In this document: positions 54,384 to 64,000 of the stretch, one piece after another
Layout: each line of letters begins with the position of its first letter
Numbering within the stretch: the first letter of the stretch is position 1
From: Octopus vulgaris
Lineage: Eukaryota
Assembly: GCA_951406725.2 (NCBI GenBank)
Contig: OX597821.1
Location: forward strand, 35,650,001-35,714,000
DNA length: 64,000 nt
Direction: 5' to 3'
Translations under genes and position numbers: made by a program
Notes under the pieces: model-generated
What the model saw: only the letters and a program-made list of their open reading frames with translations
What the model was told of the DNA's origin: nothing
Database searches by the model: none

Positions 54384-55170
54384 CTGTTAAGACGTTGAAT
54401 TGTGCAATGTGAAATGGTTACTATAAACGTTTCATTTAGTTTGACCACTAAGACAAATCACTGTCAATTATAAAAATCCAATGACAGAATATATGTTTAG
54501 GAGCACCACCAAGTGACGATGGCCATTTCGTTGAACATTTTAGACAAAACAAAGCTGATCAAAAACCACCGAAACTGAGGACAACACCAACACACTATAC
54601 AATGTATCCCATGAAATGGAAGCTAACTGAAACAGTTCTGCTCAAGGCTTGTATAAGTGCAGGCATCTACAACAATATTTCAGATGTGAAGCGGTAATAT
54701 TTCCAAACATTTAGGCCTGAATTGAACACAATTATCAACTTAAGTTCATTTGTTGTGTCCCCATTTTAGGGTTCTCCTCAGTAGCATCAGCATTCCTATG
54801 CTTACATAACTATAAGTCATCCTAGGTATTGCCCCATGGCATTAAAAACATCCAGGATATTTTTCGATGTGCACAAGCGTGACAAAAAGTAATTCAATCG
54901 GCATTGACACCCAGAAAGCAAGACAAGTTAACCTCAGCTTGTGTCATAAAGATTTAGAAGCAGGGAGTTTAAAAATTATCAAACATGAAAGAATGAATTT
55001 TCAAAACTTTCGTTCAGTTGTAGAAAATCCTTAAGTGCTAGAAATGCGGACGATATTGTTAATCAAGCGTTGGACTCCACCGTCATTTCCGAAAGTGCTT
55101 CCTCACTTTCTCATTCACCACCCTGTTCTCTGTAGTCTGCAGGACTGACAGATGTTAGCTGCTGGTACGT
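54384..55170 (-). other. possible non-coding first exon with promoter near 55190-55260
   Basis: CAG|GTAAGT donor on minus at 54384/54383; repeat-free region; TATAAA on minus about 55191-55196 next to a CG-rich patch; no ORF. Confidence 0.3.
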
Positions 55171-55457
55171 GCGGGTGTCAGTGAGTGTTGTTTATACATA
55201 TCTGTGTCTGCTTGCCCGCGCGCGCGAGTGTATGTGTGTAAGAGTGTGAAAGTGAAGGAGAGTGAGGTGTTGGGTGAATCTAATAATGGAATTTCTTTAC
55301 CAAGTTATCCATAAACATTAATTTACGCTCGGTCAGTGATTTACGTTAAAATTCGGTTTTTCAACAGAGCAACGAGACAGAAGAATAAAATAGCTGGAGT
55401 TCGTTAAATATTGCCTTATATTAACGTATTATGCTATCTATCTATTTATCTACGCAC

Positions 55458-55492
<35 letters not shown>

Positions 55493-56544
55493 CATAAGTA
55501 TATATGCAACTACATATCTCTCTCTCTCTCTCTCTCTCTCTCTTTATATATATATATATATTTTAATTTAGAGATAGTAGGCCCCTACATCTCACCATAT
55601 AAAAATAATTTTTTATTTTTATTTTACATACCTACTGTTTTATTACTTGGCAACACGTGTTTCATGAGGTACATCCTCGGGTTCCTAAACCGCTCCGTGT
55701 TTTCCTGGAACCCTTCTTAAATATATAACCCCAAACATCAGACCATTATATCACTTTATCAACGTTCAATACAATAAACTATATTTTAATTTTTTAAAAC
55801 CCTTAAGTATGTGCAAAATAGGTATGTTTAAATTAGGTATGTTTAAATTAGATCTGAGCTGAAACAAGAAATATATATATATATGCAAATATATGTATAT
55901 ATATGCATACATATACGTACATTTATAAATATATATATATATATATATGCTTACATATATATTTATGTTTCTTTATGTGCGTCTATATGTGTATGTGTGT
56001 GCGCACAAAAAGCCTGTTATGTAGCTTTGAATGAGACTATAGAGAGGTGGAGTCGTATGTTTCTATAGTACTATAATAGTAAACGTCTGTTACATTGTGG
56101 GGTAATTATGTTTTTAAAAAATATGAAAATCCTATAGGGAATCTGTTATACTTAACTAATATATGTTGCATTCCCTGCTGCTCCATAGCTGTTGCGAACG
56201 TATTGGTTTGTCTTTACTTCAGGGCGTAGTCTTGGGTGGGGCAGTGATAACTTTACTTCCGTCTTGACACTTGCTTTGGGAAACAACCAAGGCAAAGCAA
56301 CACCATCAACTCTCAGCGAAAAAGGCCAAGTATTTTACATGCAGTTTGTTCCCCTGGACATTCCCTTCACATGGCTTGTGGTCCTTACTGTAACATACTC
56401 CTCACCTTGTCGTACCTTAATCCAGCACAAAAAAATTCAGTGCTGCAATGGGTATACAAGCCTGTACACAATATACATATATATATGCCCACAATATACA
56501 CATACATATACACATTCAGGTGTTCGGGGGCTAAATTTGACAGC

Positions 56545-56622
56545 TTGTCTTCTGCTATAGCCTCGGGCCAACCAAAGCCTTGTGAGCTGATTTGGTACAC
56601 GGAAACTGAAAAAAGCCCGTCG

Positions 56623-56661
<39 letters not shown>

Positions 56662-56878
56662 ATGTTTGTGTGTCTGTGTCTGTCCCCCCAACATCGCTTG
56701 ACAACCGATGCTGGTGTGTTTATGTCCCCTAACTTAACGGTTCGGCAAAAGGGACCGGTAGAATAAGTACTAGGCTTACAAAGAATGAGTCCTGGGGTCG
56801 AATTGCTCGACTGGGGCGGTGATCCAGCATGACCACAGTCAAATAACTGAAAGAAGTGAAAGAGTATAGAGTAAAGAG
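56545..56878 (+). mobile_element. SINE family A, 5'-truncated
   Basis: TGTCTTCTGCTATAGCCTCGGGCC to AAAGAG tail. Confidence 0.9.
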
Positions 56879-58689
56879 ATACAAATGAAAATTTATTCTA
56901 TCCTCATACACTGGGTGTGTTTTCTTCTTCAATATTCAAGCAAAAAGAAGCACAATAAGTACAGTGAAACAAATATGTCTACACTGGTCACGCTCTTCAA
57001 AATAGCACCTACCACACAAACATCACCTACACGTCATGCAGTGAGAGCAGCAGGCGAAATAACAACGAAGCCCACATTACCGTTACCGCTACTACCAGCA
57101 GGCTGTAAGCAAATTGACGGAGACAACAGTTATTATTACCGACATCATTACTGCCTGACCCTCCACCATCAAAAGCATATCTTTATTACTCACATACTGT
57201 CACTTAAAGAACATATGCTCGTCAGGAAAGCTGGAATAGTTGCCATCCCTACGTAAGTGTATGCAAAAACAATGTTGGAAAGATGTGGGAGATTCCATAT
57301 GTTATATTAGAAATGGAAGTCAACATAGAATAGTGGTGGTCTTATGCCTCAATGAAGAGGAAATGAAAATATAGAGAATGCATATTTCTCCTTTGAGCAT
57401 CTATTATTACTATCCTAAATAGGATAGGGAGCAACAAAAGAAACTCTAAATGAAAATCTACTATGCCTGATGTTAATTATTTTAAATGAGTGTAGTTAGT
57501 GGGCAATAAGGCGTTCAAGACATTAGCGATTTATTGAGCTCCTTACATTTGAACTGCTCTTGCAACACACAATTAAAACCATCGATCCAAATCACCGACG
57601 TCGTTTAATCTATCAGAAGTTCAAGTGGATGCCAAATATCAAAGTGGTATATATACTGTGACATCAGTCAGCAGAATGCTTTGTACCTTTGGCAAGGGAG
57701 GTGAAAAGCTGTTTAGTGATCAATACAAACCCCTTCAAAATCAGCAACACCAGTAGCAAGAATAGCAGAATCAAACGCAGCAATAGGAACCGAATCATCA
57801 AGGATAACAGAAACCAAACACACAAATATGATAGCAAGCAATTTGAAAAATAGAAACTCTTAATAGTGTGTCCTCACTAAATTACGATAACAACTCTAAC
57901 ACAACCAATATACATTGACCGAACAGTTCCTTTCCCCTCGACATCCAGGGGATGGTGAATTGTAGTAAACCCTTACTATGTGAGGCAAGGGGGAAAATAC
58001 CCAATGGTGATCGTCCCATTGCGACATCAATGAATAAGAAAACCATCTACTAATCTCATAGCACAAGCCCCACCACAATATCTGATATAATAAAATGAGC
58101 CAGATCACAATCTACAATGACAGGAAAGCGTTTACTAGAACATAAACCACAAGGTGGAACCTCAGCAACATTAGCAAAAGGGGTTACAAATTTAAGAACA
58201 ATACCATACGCAGGATTATTCCTGATTTTTCCGTTTCCCGAAAGCAAAACGCATCATCGTCATCATCATCATCATCATCATCATCATATAGACAGAGCGA
58301 GACTGATACAAAGAGTTAGGAAAATTAGATATGTATATATGTATGCATCATTGCATGCGTGCATATGTGTGTGTGTGTGTATGTGTGTGTGTATGTATGT
58401 ATGAATGAATGAATGAATGAATGAATGAATGAATGAGTGAGTGACCGTAGTTGTGTTATCTCTTGTTAAGCAAAACTTTGATATAACATGCAGGTGGAAT
58501 ACAAGGAGATAAGACATGAAAATATTTGCTTCCCTTAGTAAAACATGATTATTGATTGTTTGAATTAATCAATTATACACATGTGTGTTTCCGTTATTTC
58601 TTGTTACTTAGATTTGAGAAACTCGCCTTTATACACAAAACCATATTACTGGTCAATTCACTAAAATGTTATGAAGGAAGCATACGCAT

Positions 58690-58967
58690 GCTGTTTGTTC
58701 CTTCTCGAGACATGCCTGGCTCGTATAGGTTCCTCACCTGGACGGGATGCCGGTCCGTTGCAGGTGAGCTGCAAGATGCAGGAGGAAAGAGTGAGAGAAA
58801 GTTGTGACGAATGAGTCAGCAGAAGTTCGCCATTATCTTCTGCCGGAGCCGCGTGGAACTTAGGTGTTTCGCTCATAAACACACACATCGACCGGCTTGA
58901 GATTCGAACCCGCGATCCCTCGACTGCGAGTCCGCTGCTCTAACCACTAGGCCATGTGCCTCCACAC
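58690..58967 (-). mobile_element. tRNA-SINE with family B head and Meta-domain-like 3' half
   Basis: TGGCCTAGTGGTTAG / GGTTCGAATC boxes; CACAACTTTCTCTCACTCTT shared with family B; then CCTGCAACGGACCGGCATCCCGTCCAGG; imperfect TSD AAGCATA(CG/GA)CAT. Confidence 0.85.
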
Positions 58968-60233
58968 AAGCATAGACATATATTCTAACTGTTAATTCAG
59001 TTGTAATAGATAAAATTCAATAGTAAGTATTAACTCGCTTCCAGATATCCTTGTGACTAATGCAGCTGCTGTCTTGTTCTGATGACAGAGTGTTAACTTT
59101 TTGGCAACCAAATATCTATTGATGACGTAATAACTCCAAACTCTCCGAACATTACATATTTGGAAGAACCAGCATGAATTCTAAATAGCAGGTTGAACAG
59201 CGTTATAAATTATGCTGTCCAGATTGACAGACTGGAATCGAATTTGTATTCAAATCTTTGAGTTATATATAATTATCTGCGAAGAAATAACGAAAATGAT
59301 ATTAATACGATGCCTTGCTAAATTAGAACCGATATTTTTCTTGAAGAAAGAACAAGTTTTCAAGTAATTTATTATCTTCCGCTCCAGAAGTTACTGTCAA
59401 ACTTCGTTCTTGGCTCTTTGGAACAGAACAATTTATAGAAAATAAATGAAGATTTTTCGGAACAAGTAATAATTTATTGTAGATTTCAGAACTCTTTTAT
59501 TAAAACACTGGTGGCCCATAATTCACTAAGAGTGATATAAATGGTTTTGAGGAATAATTTCATGATCATATGTGCGATGGTCTGGATATAAATAATCGAA
59601 TTCTAAGAATTCTTCCAAATCAATATCGGATACAAAAAAATGATAATTCTTGCTTTTCGCTTTCATTTTCAATCGCCTTAAATTGGTAGCTACAAGGATA
59701 GCTTAATGAATAAATATGTTTATTTCCATTTCCTTCATAAAGTGTTTTATGGAATATCTAAATGGAGACAAGACACACACAAATACACACATACACACAT
59801 GCACGCACGTACACACACACTTACACACAAACACGCACACGCAAATACACTGCAATATACCTGCTTCACAAAATTCCATGTGCATTCTTGTATGTTTGAA
59901 GGGAATCCATGAGGAAGATTCGTATTATTGTTCAAGCATTCTTTGTTTGAATTCCTCAGTTGGGTATATTATGGACGGCATAGAGGGAACAAAGCAAAAT
60001 AGGAGAGTTTTTTAATAAAATATTTCATCACATCATCTAATGCGCGGTTCATTAACAGACATTAAATACAGGTACATAATTTAGTTTGTATAAACAATTG
60101 ACAAGCATAATACCTCTTCAAATGCTCCCATGTGTATGCGCTATGAAAGGTAAATACTTAAACAGACACTATTTTTCCAAACCCTTAACTAAAGGTGAAT
60201 AAATGAATGCGCACGCACGCACACTCACACACA

Positions 60234-60273
<40 letters not shown>

Positions 60274-60379
60274 TTGGTAATAATTTTATAGTCGTGCACC
60301 AGTCCATACACGAATAGGTCGAAACGTTCGTTGTGAATAAAGACACACAGTAATTAAGCTCCATTTTGTTCCTCTTATG

Positions 60380-60416
<37 letters not shown>

Positions 60417-60421
<5 letters not shown>

Positions 60422-60603
60422 GATTTTTTTCCTCTGTCTTCTCTTCTCTGGATCTTTCCTTCTCCTATGTTTCCGACGAAGAACTCCGCTCGAAACGTTA
60501 AACCCTCCTTCTTTCTTTCTTTCCTGAGCGTCCAATAATACTATATTTGTTCCACGTCCTCGCGTTGTTGTGTTTTTTTGTTCTTTCTTGTTTGGATTAA
60601 CTT
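60417..60603 (+). mobile_element. Penelope-like short repeat (family of 9645-9845), hammerhead mutated
   Basis: gttt-CCGACGA-a-gaac(tcc)gctc-GAAA-cg-TT-aaac at 60469-60503; inserted in (TA)n. Confidence 0.75.
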
Positions 60604-60620
60604 TATATATATATATATAG

Positions 60621-60673
<53 letters not shown>

Positions 60674-60703
60674 TGTGTGCGTGTGCGTGCGTGTGTGTGT
60701 GTG

Positions 60704-61002
60704 CATCATGGATTCTCCCATCGTTAAATGACGTATGATGGTTCGGTAATTTCTTGCCGAACAGCCAGACGGATGATATGTTTATAGAGATCAGATGTTT
60801 GGGTACACCTAGGCTCCTTCCCTCCATCAAATCGCCATTAACTGTACAAATGTTCCCTGTGCCACATGCCAGATGACGAAATGATCGCAGAACAACGCGA
60901 AATGAAATGCTTTGCTCAACAACACAACGCAGCGCCACGTCTGGGATTCGAACCCACGATCCCACAATCGTGAATGCAACACCCTACTCAAGTGCCTTCA
61001 CA
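60704..61002 (-). mobile_element. tRNA-derived SINE family C
   Basis: B box GGTTCGAATCCC, CORE-like GTTGTGTTGTTGAGCAAAGCATTTCATTTC, ends in (CA)n. Confidence 0.75.
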
Positions 61003-62940
61003 AATATATACACATGAATACATACATACATACATATATATATATATACATACATGTGTATATATATATATATATATATATATGGATCAAAACAGCTTGA
61101 TTCAAATTCGTTGGTACACTTGCGTTTCATGCGCGATGCTAGTCGTCAGTCATTTTGAATATATATATATATATATATATAAATATTATAATATATATAT
61201 ATGCGGATGCGCGTTTATGCTCAAACATACTTCACGCATATATATGTGTGTATGTATGTACTCAGTGTAAATGCTGGGTTTATATTCAGAAACTACAAAC
61301 CGGGCACTTCCTAATGGGTATAAAATATTGGACACCATATTACAAGGAAGCTTTGATAAATATCAATCAACAAACTCTCAATCACGCCGTTCTTTTTCTC
61401 GGAAAAGGAAATGGAGGATGACAAAAGATCAAAATGCTGTTGAATGGCCAAAAATTTAGAAAATAAATTTGAAAAATTGTTGTAGTGTAAATTATTCAAG
61501 GATTTTGAGCAACGTTACTCTATAGTCGAAGGTTTAATCTCTACAATATTTCCCACTCTCTCCTTTCCTCTCTCTCAGTTTTCATATGTCTCATTTTTCT
61601 TCTCCCTGATTCTACTATTCGAGAGAGAGAGAGAGAGAGAGAGTGTGAGTGTGTGAGAGAGAGAGATAGATAGGGGGAGAGAAGGGAGTGATGGACTCAA
61701 TGTTTGTGGTTTGAAACTGAATAACTCCAATTCAGATAAACGTGTTTAAACCGCCTCATGCACTCAAACTTATTCAGGAAATCAGACACCATCGTCTAGA
61801 ATAATGCAAGATATCGTAGGCAGAGCAACACAGACTCTGATATATGAATGAATGAGTCAAACCTGGAAGGTCATTTAAGCTAAAGTTTGATGAACACCGC
61901 GTCCAAGCGACAATAAACTTTACAATAGAATCTACTACTACAACAATGAAACAAGTGCAAAATTAAATTGAAAGTAAAGAATTATTAGTAAACACCCTAA
62001 ATAGGGAATTTTGTTACCAAATATCAGAATCTTTTAAATAAAAGAATTTATAAATAGCAATAGCAATGCTCATATATTGTGGACGCTGCAATGCTATCGC
62101 GCGAAGAGATATACCCGTTCAATAACCTAACTCTTATTAGTCTTGTCACATCATCTTCAATAATGATGATTAATTAAATGAGTTCAACGTATTAAGCATA
62201 GCCGTCAACAAAAATGAATTACACATTTGAAATGCCAGAAGAAGATCTTTTGTATCAAAATTGCCTTCTACGTTTTCATTAAAAAAACAAAAAGAAATTT
62301 AGCAAACATCACATTGACTTATGTAACAATATATTTCTGCATGAACTAACAAGCGAAAGAGAGAGATAGAGAATTAGAGAGGGGAGAAGGAGAGAGGAGA
62401 GAGAAGGGAGTGAAGAAAGGGTTCAGCTTCATAGCATCACCAGTTAGAGATATTTCCAATATCACCATGAAATCACATCTTATTGTATTATATAAGTGTT
62501 TGTATATGCGAGAGAATGTATTTAGGTATGTATGTATGTATGTATGTATGTATGTATGTATGTATGTATGTATGTATGTATGTATGTATGTATGCATGTA
62601 TGTATGCATATATGTATGTGTGTATGTATGTATGTATGTATGTATGTATGTATGTATGTATGTATGTATGTATGTATGTATGTATGGATGGATGGATGGA
62701 TGGATGGATGGATGGATGGATGGATGGATGGATAGATGTTTGTATGTATGCATATATGTGTACGTGTAGGAATCAATACAACATAATCTTGGATAAAACA
62801 ATAAATGATATTGTCATGTTTAGAAAGCCTTTAGCCATACGTTGTCTCGATCTCAAATGGCTTGGGTTTAAACAGCAAGAACACTGAAACCGGTGGAGTC
62901 ACATGGGATGGAGAGTGGCTGAAGGGGTCAGGGGATCTGT

Positions 62941-63420
62941 GACAGCATCTCGAAAGAGTCCAGAAGCTGGCTACCCGCATGGTTCATGGTCTCAAAAATT
63001 TGTCCTATGAAGAAAGGCTGAGGACGCTCGACCTTTGTTCTCTTGAAAAACGCCGCCGCCGTGGTGATCTCATTCTCGCCCACAACATCATAAGCGGAAA
63101 GTGTAACCTCTCGAAAGAGCTGTTCTTCACTCCTGCTCCAGAGCGTCGGCTGCGGGGTCATTCCGAAAAGCTCTACCTGCGACGATTTCATCTCAATCGA
63201 AGGAGAGGAGATTTCTCCGTCCGGGTTGCGGATCCGTGGAACAAGCTGCCAGACGAGATGGTGAAGATGCCGACGACCGCTTTGTTCAAAGTCTCCCTTG
63301 ACCTCAAGTGGCCTGAACTCTTTACATGAACACCACCCTGTACTTAACTCCATGTCCCCCTACATGGCCTTGCTATTTGCTTTTGGGCCAAATTAACTAA
63401 CTAACTAACTAACTAACTAA
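62941..63420 (+). mobile_element. CR1-clade LINE, 5'-truncated 3' end
   Basis: open frame HLERVQKLATRMVHGLKNLSYEERLRTLDL.SLEKRRRRGDLI..LRGH..FSVRV..WNKLP; (TAAC)n tail. Confidence 0.92.
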
Positions 63421-64000
63421 AAGATTTCAGACAACAGACACTAAAATAAGAATAATAATATAGCTGAAGTGATGAACGAGTATATAGTGCGTGTGTTTAT
63501 TTGGCAAAAAATGACCATTCCGAGATAAAGCAATTACATTTTTTATAAAAGCAGAAAATTCTGCGTCAAATCACATTTTATTTCCTATCTTATTGGTTAT
63601 CGTGCTACTCTGATACGATACCCAGGCATTGTTATATTATGTACACCAAGACACAAGCACGCATCTACAAGCTAACGCACGCATGAACACACGATGACCA
63701 AACGCTCATAAAATTTTAATCAACGCTATGCTATCATAAAAAGTAACTGCGCAATGAGGGGCATTAGAAGTGGACACAAAGGAATATCTTCGCGAAGCGA
63801 TTTTGTTAATCACACAGTCACTCCTCTGTGCATTTCTAGTGACTTGGTGAGTTTTCGTTACATATTATCCTTGATAAATATTTAAGACCGTAATGTAAGG
63901 CGACACATGTACTGCACTTAATAGTACAGTAGAAAATTATGTCCCACTAATGGATATTTGGAATGGAATCGGTCTGAAACTAATGGGAGGTATTACGGCT

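Noticed and set aside
56885-57256. 123-aa ORF ending at a gtaagt motif
   Set aside because: No domain similarity or supporting exons
57880-58250. Higher-complexity segment with short ORFs on both strands (similar at 14470-14640, 26350-26460, 26930-27230, 49030-49250)
   Set aside because: No motif recognised; may be ancient repeat debris and needs a database search
60310-60345. GGTCGAAACGTTCG..AATAAA, 3' half of a hammerhead
   Set aside because: The 5' core is absent; at most a truncated remnant

Overview
AT-rich, microsatellite-dense animal genomic DNA. The repeat repertoire suggests an octopus/coleoid cephalopod (inference). No host protein-coding exon can be recognised; almost all ORF-track entries are translations of simple repeats. 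The window holds about 27 tRNA-derived SINE copies from at least four families, 3' fragments of R4/Dong, RTE and CR1 LINEs, four decayed Tc1/mariner elements (two near full-length with TIRs), two non-autonomous Helitrons, several Penelope-like short repeats and a 100-N gap. The most notable signal is seven minimal type-I hammerhead-ribozyme folds in these short repeats. Their catalytic core co-varies at the 3-8 tertiary pair (C-G, U-A, G-C), and one sits in a 240-bp TIR/LTR-like cassette nested in a mariner. Other oddities are a SINE family with fixed aTA...TAt flanks, a (TAA)n insertion hotspot, a young 201-bp local duplication, a perfect 82-bp palindrome and two weak traces of spliced non-coding/UTR exons.
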